DNA of 25,493 nucleotides from NCBI GenBank assembly GCA_964415855.1, contig CAYQBZ010000003.1:1-25493 (forward strand), read 5' to 3'. The position numbers and the translations under genes were made by a program. Source of the stretch: an uncultured Rikenellaceae bacterium. Its GTDB lineage: Bacteria; Bacteroidota; Bacteroidia; Bacteroidales; VadinHA17. The notes beneath the pieces are model-generated. The model was not told the origin of the DNA. It did not search any database and was given only the letters and a program-made list of their open reading frames with translations. This document shows, piece after piece, positions 1 through 7,725 of the stretch; within the stretch, counting starts at the first letter, position 1, and every line of letters starts with the position of its first letter.

Positions 1-341
1 GCTTCCCTGAGAACTTCAGGAAGAGTCTGAAATTCAGGATCAAGCCGGACGTCATTCATAAAAACACCTGTCGAGAGCGGATATTTACCTGTCAGGAGAC
101 TTCCCCTGTACGGGCAGCTGACGGGGCAACACGATATGGCATTAATAAGGTTTATACTTTCCCCTGCCAGCCAGTCGAGATTTGGTGTCATTACATCTCT
201 GTTCCCGTTAAAACCCGCAGCCTGAGCCCGCCATTCATCAGCAAGTACAAATATTATATTCGGTGCAGTCCGGGATTGTCCGTTCAGTGACGCAGAAACC
301 ATTCCCAGTAATGCAAGACCCGTAGTTTTAAATATAAACAT
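1..341 (-). CDS. Sulfatase (formylglycine-dependent S1 family, Ser-type), N-terminal part only; runs off the left edge
   Basis: Not in the ORF track. Manual minus-strand translation from ATG at 341 (in-frame TAA upstream at 360-362) gives MFIFKTTGLALLGMVSASLNGQSRTAPNIIFVLADEWRAQAAGFNGNRDVMTPNLDWLAGESINLINAISCCPVSCPYRGSLLTGKYPLSTGVFMND. This has a signal peptide, the PNIIFVLADE metal-binding motif, TPNLD and the S-x-P-x-R-x-x-L-L-T-G signature. Confidence 0.92.
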   Translation of the reverse strand, partial: MFIFKTTGLALLGMVSASLNGQSRTAPNIIFVLADEWRAQAAGFNGNRDVMTPNLDWLAGESINLINAISCCPVSCPYRGSLLTGKYPLSTGVFMNDVRLDPEFQTLPEVLRE

Positions 342-406
342 CTGCAACGGCACATTTATTTATGATTCCGTATATCCCGGAAATCATCATCAAAATTATT
401 TTCCAA

Positions 407-1762
407 TCATTTCCATAGGTCTTCACCATATTCCCATCCCTGGCGGACCGGTTCCTTAATATAGATGTCATACTCAGAATGGTTCGTAACCCTCATGCCG
501 TCAGCATCATACTCAATTCTCGAATTCGTTCTCTGTGCCAGCACTCCGATTGATGCCATCTCGGTCAACCGTGCTGAATATTCAAAGTTTGATCCCGGCA
601 GAGGACCTTCCCCTTTTACAGCAGCCAGCCACTCAGCCTGAGGAGCCTCCTCCCTGACACGTGGAATAGTTTCGGGTGGCAGATCACTGGTAAAAGCTTT
701 CCAGGCATCATCAGGAAGAAGAAGTTTGGGATTATTCGGTCTTCCTCCTGTCATAAGTGAGACCTTGTCACCAACCATTATCATGCCTGATCCCGGCAAT
801 TCATCAAGACCCCATTCCGGTCTGTTTTCAGGCTTTAGCCCCCCTTCATGCCATTTCAGAGTAACAGGAGGTTTATTCCCTCTTGCTGCAAATTCAAATT
901 GAAGGATTGACTGGTCCGATACAAATCCCTCCGGTGTCGGAGATTTAAATACAGAATCAACGGAAAGAGGCATACCGAGATCAAGCGACCAGAAAGGAGC
1001 ATCCAGGGTATGACAGGCCCAGTCACCCAGCTCACCGTTACCCAGGTCATACCATCCCCTCCAGAAACGGGGCAGGTAAAAATGGCTGTATGGCCGGTTT
1101 TCCTTCGGACCTAACCACAAATCCCAGTCAAGGCCTTCCGGGACAGGTTCCCCTGATGGAGGATAGGTATCCGGCTTGAGAAAGTATCCTGTCTCAGTGA
1201 AAGCGGGTCCGTCAAACCAGGCAAGTACTTCCTTAACCTCACCCAGGACACCTGCTTCGTACCACTCTTTAACATATCGTATTCCCATTGTAGTGTGTCC
1301 CTGGTTACCCATCTGCGTAATAATCTTATAGTGCCGGGCTGCTTTTCGCAATGTCCTGAGCTGCCATACATTGTGCGCAAGAGGTTTTTCAACATATATG
1401 TGTTTGCCAAGCTGCATGGCCGCCATAGCTGCAGGAAAATGAGTGAAATCAGGGGTGGAAACCATTACTGCATCAATCTGGTTCGACATTTCGTCAAACA
1501 TTTTTCGGAAGTCCTTATACCTTTTAGCCTCAGGGAAAGTTTTAAATCCCTCGGCAGCAGCAGTTTCGCTTACATCACATAAAGCTACAACGTTTTCATT
1601 CTTACATTCACTCCAGTTGGCCTTGCCCCGGCCGCCAACACCAATTATGGCAATATTTATCTTTCCGTCCCCTTTGCAGCGGGTAAATGCAGGCAGCAAC
1701 AATGTCCCGGCTGCCACTGCTGTAGTTTTTACAATAAATGATCTGCGTGATAAATTTTTCAT
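407..1762 (-). CDS. Gfo/Idh/MocA family oxidoreductase with twin-arginine (Tat) signal
   Basis: N-terminal SRRSFI Tat motif, Rossmann IAIIGVGGRG, VMVSTPDFTH, HIYVEKPLA, QMGNQ and GDWACHTLD, all typical of the family. Confidence 0.92.
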   Translation of the reverse strand: MKNLSRRSFIVKTTAVAAGTLLLPAFTRCKGDGKINIAIIGVGGRGKANWSECKNENVVALCDVSETAAAEGFKTFPEAKRYKDFRKMFDEMSNQIDAVMVSTPDFTHFPAAMAAMQLGKHIYVEKPLAHNVWQLRTLRKAARHYKIITQMGNQGHTTMGIRYVKEWYEAGVLGEVKEVLAWFDGPAFTETGYFLKPDTYPPSGEPVPEGLDWDLWLGPKENRPYSHFYLPRFWRGWYDLGNGELGDWACHTLDAPFWSLDLGMPLSVDSVFKSPTPEGFVSDQSILQFEFAARGNKPPVTLKWHEGGLKPENRPEWGLDELPGSGMIMVGDKVSLMTGGRPNNPKLLLPDDAWKAFTSDLPPETIPRVREEAPQAEWLAAVKGEGPLPGSNFEYSARLTEMASIGVLAQRTNSRIEYDADGMRVTNHSEYDIYIKEPVRQGWEYGEDLWK

Positions 1763-1838
1763 ATATATTTTATTTATTGATTAATGTTAAAATCTCCATG
1801 ATTTCTGTTGGAGGGAAGACTGGCTGGTCTTCCCTGCA

Positions 1839-3242
1839 TTATAAAGCCATTCCCTTCAATTCAGCAAATCGTATTTTCATTTCCCGGATCCTGGCACTAT
1901 TTTCAGGATCATTGATGCCATTATGTTTTTCAAAGGGATCCATAACCAGGTCGAAATATTCCTCATATTTATAAAAAGGCCACCAGATATACTTATCTGT
2001 ATGAGTAACAAGTGCTTCAGATGACGGGATACGCTTTTCATTTGTCACAAAAGGATGTTCGTAATAAAAATCCTGTCTCCAGGCTTCTTTTTTTGCTGAC
2101 AAATACAACCTTGAAAAATCTTCACCCTGCATCGCTTCGGGGACTGGCTGACCAGCAGCTGCAACAATGGTAGGAGCTATATCAATATTAAGCACAAATT
2201 CGTCATTTACAATATTTCCATTCTTCGATGAAAGCCGTGGATCATGTACAATAAGAGGAACCCGTATTGACTCCTGATAAGGATACCACTTATCAGCGAG
2301 ACCATGCTCCCCGTGAAAGTAGCCATTATCGCCCATAAATATTATTAATGTATTCTCATAGACGCCCTGATTCTTCAATTCCTCCACAATCCTGCCAACG
2401 ACCTGATCGAGTTCCGTGAGCATTCGATAGTAGGCCTTCATATATTTCTGATATTTCTCAGGAGTGTCAAATCTCCAGTGCCAGCGAATTCTGCCTTCAT
2501 TGGCATCGGTGGCAAGGAAGGGCGGAAGTGAATAGAAAAATGTGTCCGATGCAGTCTCGGGAACCGGAATAATATCATCCCTGTAGTATTTTTCGCTTTC
2601 AGGCTGGTACCTGTACTGATCGGGGTGGTTATCCTGTGCATGTGTTGCAAAAAAGCTAACCGACAGCGAAAATGGTTTCTCTTTTGGTCTGTTTCTTAAG
2701 AATTCAAGCGCATCCCGGGAATTTTTTTCCGTAACATGAATTGAATCGCCATTTCCCTCAGGAAACCAGTGTTTCTGCTCGTATGATTTGCTATAATCAA
2801 AATCACCATTCCTGATGGCCCCTACACCATATTTTCCGACAAATCCTGTCCAGTATCCTGCTTCCCTTAATATTGCAGGATAGGTCTGTGAAAATGCTTC
2901 TTCACTGAGAGGAAGCCCAAATTCCCTTATTTTATGACGGCTCATGTACTGTCCTGTCAGACAGGTTGCCCGGCTCACCATGCTTATCGAAGTGGTGACA
3001 CATGCGTTCGTAAATCTTACTCCTGTCCTGGCAAGGGCATCAATATTTTCAGTATGCAGCATGCTATTCCCCATGCAGCCCAGAGAATTCCACCTCAGGT
3101 CGTCTGCCAGGAGAAACACTACATTAAGTTTCGGATCATCAGAGCCCTTGTTCTGCTGCCTGCATGAATTGGATAACATGCTAACACCCCCTAAAAACAG
3201 GATCCCTGCAGATTTGCTGAACAGGAATGAATTTTCTTTCAT
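1839..3242 (-). CDS. Sulfatase (S1 family, Ser-type), probable lipoprotein
   Basis: LNVVFLLADDLR, TTSISMVSRATCLTG (modified signature), LREAGYWTGFVGK, IIFMGDNG, DKW, ESIRVPLIV, LNIDIAPT and a C-terminal EEYFDL..DPFE motif. Hydrophobic leader ends in LSNSC (lipobox-like). Confidence 0.92.
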   Translation of the reverse strand: MKENSFLFSKSAGILFLGGVSMLSNSCRQQNKGSDDPKLNVVFLLADDLRWNSLGCMGNSMLHTENIDALARTGVRFTNACVTTSISMVSRATCLTGQYMSRHKIREFGLPLSEEAFSQTYPAILREAGYWTGFVGKYGVGAIRNGDFDYSKSYEQKHWFPEGNGDSIHVTEKNSRDALEFLRNRPKEKPFSLSVSFFATHAQDNHPDQYRYQPESEKYYRDDIIPVPETASDTFFYSLPPFLATDANEGRIRWHWRFDTPEKYQKYMKAYYRMLTELDQVVGRIVEELKNQGVYENTLIIFMGDNGYFHGEHGLADKWYPYQESIRVPLIVHDPRLSSKNGNIVNDEFVLNIDIAPTIVAAAGQPVPEAMQGEDFSRLYLSAKKEAWRQDFYYEHPFVTNEKRIPSSEALVTHTDKYIWWPFYKYEEYFDLVMDPFEKHNGINDPENSARIREMKIRFAELKGMAL

Positions 3243-3342
3243 GTTAAATATTGATTAAATACAATTTTCATATCGAAGGAACAAAATATTTCTCAAGATC
3301 AGGAAAAATTTCAGATTCATTTTTCATTTATTGTACTTTTAC

Positions 3343-3370
3343 TGTAACATTTTGACCGGCTCCGCCGTCT
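3343..3370 (+). promoter_or_regulatory. Putative ECF-sigma promoter (autoregulatory): TGTAAC-N17-CGTCT
   Basis: TGTAAC at 3343-3348 and CGTCT at 3366-3370, 20 bp before the sigma ATG. This matches the generic ECF -35 'AAC' / -10 'CGT' architecture, and the same GTAAC-N17-CGTC recurs at 4973-4998. Confidence 0.7.
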
Positions 3371-3390
3371 TTACACTGTAATCTTATTTA

Positions 3391-3876
3391 ATGACAGTAA
3401 AGGAATATAACAGGTCTGTTGAGGAATATGCCGATTCGCTTTACCGTTTCATCCGCACAAGTCTTAAGGATGAGGACAGGTCAAATGATATCGTCCAGGA
3501 CAGCTATGAGAAGCTGTGGAGGCATGTTGCTGAAATTGAATATCAGGTTGTTAAATCATGGTTATTCTCCACTGCTTATCACACTATGATTGATATTATC
3601 AGGAAGGAAAAAAGAATGATACGATTCGAGCAATCATATGAACAGGACCTGCTACATGAATCTCAATACAGTGATCTGAATGAGATCCTTCATGCTGCAG
3701 TGCAACGCTTACCTGAAGACCAGAAAACGTCGGTTTTGCTACGCGATTACGAGGGTTACAGCTACCGGGAGATCGGGGAGATAACCGGACAGAGCGAGGC
3801 ACAGGTAAAGATAAACATATACAGGGGACGGATTGCCCTGAAAAGCTATATTGGCAAAATTGAAACCGTACTTTAG
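3391..3876 (+). CDS. RNA polymerase sigma factor, ECF (sigma-24) subfamily
   Basis: 161 aa. Region 2 DIVQDSYEKLW...WLFSTAYHTMIDIIRK and region 4 LLRDYEGYSYREIGEITGQSEAQVKINIYRGRIALK. Confidence 0.95.
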   Translation: MTVKEYNRSVEEYADSLYRFIRTSLKDEDRSNDIVQDSYEKLWRHVAEIEYQVVKSWLFSTAYHTMIDIIRKEKRMIRFEQSYEQDLLHESQYSDLNEILHAAVQRLPEDQKTSVLLRDYEGYSYREIGEITGQSEAQVKINIYRGRIALKSYIGKIETVL

Positions 3877-3878
3877 CC

Positions 3879-4976
3879 ATGGAATTAGACAGAACAAATT
3901 ATGAAATATGGCTTATCGACTGGCTCGACGGCAACCTTGACGAAAAACAGGTTGCACAGCTTGAACAGTTCCTTCGGGAAAATCCTGACTTAAAGGCAGA
4001 ATTCGAGGAATTGAATTCACTGACACTGAAACCTTCGATGCAGGCATTCACGGGTAAGCGGGATCTGAAAAAGACTCCTTCCGATCTGGCCTCTTCCCAG
4101 TTCGAATTACTTTGTGTAGCCTTCCTTGAAAATGATATATCCGGTTCTGAACGATCCGAACTGATGGAATATGTTAAGAATGACCCTGAAAAAAAGAGGA
4201 CTTTTGATCTTATCCAGAAAACCAGTCTGACTCCTCCGGTTTTAATGTATACAAAAAAGAATAGACTCACCAGGTGGACGCTTACACAAAAGATTATAAG
4301 ACTTTCGGCAATAGGACTTAGTGCTGCTGCTGCACTTCTTTTGATAATAATGACCTTTATAACAGTACCCCAGGAGCTGCCGGAAAGGGACATAATCACT
4401 GCAGGTGAAAGTATAACCGACAGCGTGAATACTAAGACTCCTGTTGTTCCGGAACCAGTTATGAGCTCCTCCGAACAGCTTGCATCAAATAATATTCAGG
4501 AAAGACCGGAACCTGTAGCACTAATAGATATTAAACCTCATTTGCCGGAGCCAGCTTCAAATAATATTGTGCCGGTTACTTCACTTTCCACAAATCCGGC
4601 CAGGCCCGTAAACGGTCTGGAAAAGATTCCTGTAAATGCCAGAATTGATCTTGGGGCTGAAATCTCCGTCAACAACCTGATTGCTTCAAATTATTCAGAG
4701 ACCACTCCTCCCTATGATGACGGAAGATCCAATGTAAGCAGATTTTTAGCAAGGACGTTCCGCGAAAAGATACTTAAGGAAGAGACTCCTGCGAATATCC
4801 CTGTAAAAGGTATTGAGATTGCAGAAGCCGGTGTAACCGGTCTTAACAAACTGCTTGGCTGGGAGATGGCACTTGAAAAGACAAATGACGAAAATGGTGA
4901 GCTAAAATCAGTTTATTTCAGTTCAAGGATCCTTAAATTCAACGCCCCCGTAAGAAAAAGTGAACCTCTCCCGTAA
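3879..4976 (+). CDS. Probable single-pass membrane anti-sigma factor
   Basis: Starts 2 bp after the sigma stop. Helical anti-sigma-like N-terminus (NYEIWLIDWLDGNL...FLRENPDL) is present twice, followed by a TM segment (AIGLSAAAALLLIIMTFITV), a Pro-rich linker and a C-terminal extracytoplasmic domain. Function inferred from position and topology. Confidence 0.7.
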   Translation: MELDRTNYEIWLIDWLDGNLDEKQVAQLEQFLRENPDLKAEFEELNSLTLKPSMQAFTGKRDLKKTPSDLASSQFELLCVAFLENDISGSERSELMEYVKNDPEKKRTFDLIQKTSLTPPVLMYTKKNRLTRWTLTQKIIRLSAIGLSAAAALLLIIMTFITVPQELPERDIITAGESITDSVNTKTPVVPEPVMSSSEQLASNNIQERPEPVALIDIKPHLPEPASNNIVPVTSLSTNPARPVNGLEKIPVNARIDLGAEISVNNLIASNYSETTPPYDDGRSNVSRFLARTFREKILKEETPANIPVKGIEIAEAGVTGLNKLLGWEMALEKTNDENGELKSVYFSSRILKFNAPVRKSEPLP

Positions 4977-4998
4977 CTTTTTCACCTCCCTCTTCGTC
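4973..4998 (+). promoter_or_regulatory. Second putative ECF-sigma promoter: GTAAC-N17-CGTC
   Basis: GTAAC at 4973-4977 (overlapping the anti-sigma TAA stop) and CGTC at 4995-4998, with the same spacing and T-tract after AAC as the 3343 motif. It lies about 40 bp upstream of the beta-barrel ATG. Confidence 0.65.
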
Positions 4999-5039
4999 AC
5001 AGCAGAAAGAACTTATTAAGAAACAAAAAAGTTACAGCC

Positions 5040-5981
5040 ATGAAAAAATTATGTATAGTGATATTCCTCACGGCATTCTTATCCCAGGGATTCAGCCAAA
5101 AACTTGCTGCCGAAAGTCAGGGGGGTAAAAAAGAGGTTAATGTTAGCACCCAGGAAGAAAGCACAAAAATCGCGCTGGGAAAAGATCTTATCGATTTTGA
5201 AGAGAATGATTCATCCATCAATCTGCGTGTTGGCAACAGGAAACTGAGTATTCTTGAATCACTGGAAGGTCCAAAATTAAATTTTGAGAAATATGATACA
5301 GATGAAGAATTATTCCAGAATGACAGGGATAACAATCGTGCCTGGAGAAGGAACAGGTTCAAAGGACACTGGTCGGGTGTTGAAATCGGTTTTAATAATT
5401 ATATGACATCAGATAAGAGTCTTATCCTGCCTGACGATATAGAATATATGAGTATACATTCAGGCAAATCTGTTAATTTTAATATTAACTTTACACAGTT
5501 AAGCCTTGGATTAACCCGTCATATTGGATTTGTTACAGGTCTGGGACTTAACTGGAACAACTATAAGTTCGACGGTAATAATAACATACTGAAAGGGCCG
5601 AACGGTGTAATAGAAGAGCTCGATCCGGGAGTCTCACTAAAAAAATCAAAGCTCGCAACAGTATATCTGACGCTCCCCTTTATGCTGGAGCTGCAGCTTC
5701 CTCTCGATAACAATCACCTCAACCTGGCAGCAGGACCTATTGGCGCTATTAAGATCGGATCTCATACCAAAATGGTATACCAGGATGGCCAGAAAGTAAA
5801 AGAAAACGGCGATTTCAGCCTGAATATGCTGAGATATGGTGCTACAGCCCGTGCCGGGTACCAGAATTTTCAGATTTACGGTACATATTATATGAATCCA
5901 TTATTCAGTTCAGGTAAAGGACCCGGAGGATATAATCTCTATCCGTTCGAAATAGGAGTTGCATTTACTTTTAACGATTAG
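5040..5981 (+). CDS. Outer-membrane beta-barrel protein (PorT-like / OMP_b-brl_2-like)
   Basis: Signal peptide MKKLCIVIFLTAFLSQGFS, then an acidic N-terminal extension. Alternating amphipathic strands follow (GHWSGVEIGFN, FVTGLGLNWNNYKF, YLTLPFMLELQ, YGATARAGY), ending in FEIGVAFTF. Confidence 0.75.
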   Translation: MKKLCIVIFLTAFLSQGFSQKLAAESQGGKKEVNVSTQEESTKIALGKDLIDFEENDSSINLRVGNRKLSILESLEGPKLNFEKYDTDEELFQNDRDNNRAWRRNRFKGHWSGVEIGFNNYMTSDKSLILPDDIEYMSIHSGKSVNFNINFTQLSLGLTRHIGFVTGLGLNWNNYKFDGNNNILKGPNGVIEELDPGVSLKKSKLATVYLTLPFMLELQLPLDNNHLNLAAGPIGAIKIGSHTKMVYQDGQKVKENGDFSLNMLRYGATARAGYQNFQIYGTYYMNPLFSSGKGPGGYNLYPFEIGVAFTFND

Positions 5982-6010
5982 CTGATATTTCATTCCTGTA
6001 ATATTTCTTT

Positions 6011-6048
6011 ATGTTGCAGATATGCCATACATCGCGTATCTGCAACGT
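6011..6048 (+). terminator. 15-bp stem hairpin (REP-like palindrome, probable terminator of the ECF operon)
   Basis: ATGTTGCAGATATGC (6011-6025) pairs with GCGTATCTGCAACGT (6034-6048), with 2 G-U wobbles and an 8-nt loop. It is followed by TATTTTG and lies 30 bp after the barrel gene stop. Confidence 0.6.
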
Positions 6049-6051
6049 TAT

Positions 6052-6082
6052 TTTGATTCCTGCCTGCTACAACGTATATTTG
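6052..6082 (+). promoter_or_regulatory. Bacteroidota housekeeping promoter TTTG-N19-TATATTTG
   Basis: Exact match to the -33 TTTG / -7 TAnnTTTG consensus with a 19-nt spacer. It sits 24 bp before ATG 6107, which supports that start. Confidence 0.75.
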
Positions 6083-6106
6083 TGGTACACACCATTAGCC
6101 ATATTA

Positions 6107-6886
6107 ATGGAAAACAACATATTATCTCCCAGGGAGTTAAGAAGGTACAGTAAGCAGACCATGATACCGGAAATAGGGACGCATGGGCAGGAAAAATTAA
6201 AACAGGCAAAAGTTCTTGTTGTAGGTGCCGGCGGACTCGGATGCCCAATCCTTCAATATCTGACTGTTGCAGGTGTCGGTACGATCGGCATGGTCGAGTT
6301 CGATATGGTGAATGAGACAAACCTCCAGAGACAGGTCCTGTACGGATCAACTGATGTTGGTAAATTAAAGTCAATAATAGCCAAGAACCGCCTTGAGCAT
6401 CTAAATTCACTGGTAGAGTGTGAAATATTTAATCTTCGTCTTAATGCAGCAAATTCACTTAATATCTTAAAGGAATTTGATATTATTGTCGATGCAACGG
6501 ATAACCTTGAAACCAGGTATGTAATCAACGATTCATGTATTATTCTCAATAAACCAATGGTGCACGGTGCCATTTATAAATTTGAAGGGGTTGTTTCCGT
6601 TTTTAACTATAAAGGCGGGGCAACATACAGGTGTTATAATCCGGAACCTCCTGATAATGATTACAAAAATCCTTCACCTGCCCAGGTTGGTCTGCTGGGT
6701 GTCCTGCCAGGTATAACAGGAACCTATATGGCAAACGAAGTAATCAAAATAATTACCGGTACAGGTGACATCCTGAGCGGTAAAGTCCTTCTGATAAACA
6801 TTTTAAAGAACACATTCCATATATTTACTGTAAATAATATTCCTGAGAATCATAATATCAATGATTTAAGTGAATATGCCTTGTAG
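6107..6886 (+). CDS. HesA/MoeB/ThiF family E1-like adenylyltransferase (atypical, Cys-poor, no rhodanese domain)
   Basis: RYSKQ, VLVVGAGGLG, TNLQRQ, GKLK, VDATDN and GLLGVLPGITG. Start moved from the ORF-track 6011 to ATG 6107 (MENNILSPRE), because the upstream 32 codons overlap a hairpin and the promoter. Confidence 0.88.
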   Translation: MENNILSPRELRRYSKQTMIPEIGTHGQEKLKQAKVLVVGAGGLGCPILQYLTVAGVGTIGMVEFDMVNETNLQRQVLYGSTDVGKLKSIIAKNRLEHLNSLVECEIFNLRLNAANSLNILKEFDIIVDATDNLETRYVINDSCIILNKPMVHGAIYKFEGVVSVFNYKGGATYRCYNPEPPDNDYKNPSPAQVGLLGVLPGITGTYMANEVIKIITGTGDILSGKVLLINILKNTFHIFTVNNIPENHNINDLSEYAL

Positions 6887-6912
6887 GGAAGTGTCGCAAC
6901 ATGTCCCTGCAA
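6881..6912. repeat. 32-bp imperfect palindrome, GTAG-type REP-like
   Basis: TTGTAGGGAAGTGT-CGCA-ACATGTCCCTGCAA: 14-bp arms with 1 mismatch and 2 wobbles. It contains the TAG stop of the MoeB-like gene. Confidence 0.6.
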
Positions 6913-6941
6913 CAATAACAAGAACATTTCATAAATACAAT

Positions 6942-7649
6942 ATGAGACTATTACTTATCAGCAATTCCACAAATCCCGGAGAACCATATCTTGACTACCC
7001 CAAAAATAATATAAAGCATTTCCTGGGATACGAAAAGGTTACTGCTTTATTCATTCCCTATGCTGCCGTAACATTTTCATTTGATGACTATGAGAATAAA
7101 GTCTCCGGCAGGTTCCAAGAAATAGGTCATGATATAATTTCCATTCACAGGTTCAGCGATCCTGCTTCAGCAGTACTGAATGCCAGGGCAATTGTTATCG
7201 GCGGGGGCAATACATGGAATCTTCTGAAAACCTTATCAGAGAATAAGCTTATTGATGCTGTAAGGCAGAAAGTGATGGGCGGCACTCCTTATATTGGCTG
7301 GAGCGCCGGATCTAATGTGGCCTGTCCTACAATAAGAACCACCAATGATATGCCTGTGGTTGAACCAGGTTCATTCACTGCATTAAACCTTTTACCCTTT
7401 CAGATAAATCCCCATTATCTCGATGCCAATCCTGAAGGGCATGCGGGTGAAACAAGGGAGCAGAGGATTGAGGAATTTATTGAATTAAATCCGAATGTAT
7501 TTGTTGCAGGATTACGTGAGGGTACCATGCTGGTTTATGATAATGAGAAGTTAACACTGCAGGGCCCCCGGAAGATCAGAATTTTCAAAAAAGGGATGGT
7601 TCCGCTTGAGCTTGGCACTGAGGATGATTTATCCTTCCTACTGAGATAA
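6942..7649 (+). CDS. pepE: Dipeptidase E (alpha-aspartyl dipeptidase, peptidase S51)
   Basis: MRLLLISNST start (ATG 6942, shorter than the ORF track), LFIPYAAV, IGGGNT, nucleophile elbow GWSAG, PFQINPHY, HAGETREQRI and LREG. Confidence 0.95.
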   Translation: MRLLLISNSTNPGEPYLDYPKNNIKHFLGYEKVTALFIPYAAVTFSFDDYENKVSGRFQEIGHDIISIHRFSDPASAVLNARAIVIGGGNTWNLLKTLSENKLIDAVRQKVMGGTPYIGWSAGSNVACPTIRTTNDMPVVEPGSFTALNLLPFQINPHYLDANPEGHAGETREQRIEEFIELNPNVFVAGLREGTMLVYDNEKLTLQGPRKIRIFKKGMVPLELGTEDDLSFLLR

Positions 7650-7673
7650 AAGAAAATATTTACTCAAATGAAT

Positions 7674-7681
7674 TAACTTTG
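7674..7681 (+). promoter_or_regulatory. Possible -7 box (TAACTTTG) for the asmA-like gene
   Basis: Exact TAnnTTTG in the intergenic gap, but no TTTG -33 box at the expected distance. Confidence 0.4.
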
Positions 7682-7725
7682 TCTGCCGGTAATTCAAACG
7701 GTTGACAGTGACTTCCTGTTGATAT

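Noticed and set aside
6011-6106. ORF-track N-terminal extension of the MoeB-like protein, and likewise 6870-6941 for pepE
   Set aside because: The extensions overlap hairpins, a consensus promoter or the previous gene. Family similarity starts at ATG 6107 and ATG 6942.
6884-6934. Read-through of the MoeB-like TAG would add GSVATCPCNNNKNIS, restoring two cysteines (stop recoding idea)
   Set aside because: The CPC codons come from the palindrome arm and the spacing is CxC, not CxxC. TAG is an ordinary stop for other genes here (sigma, barrel, M14), and there is no sign of pyrrolysine machinery.
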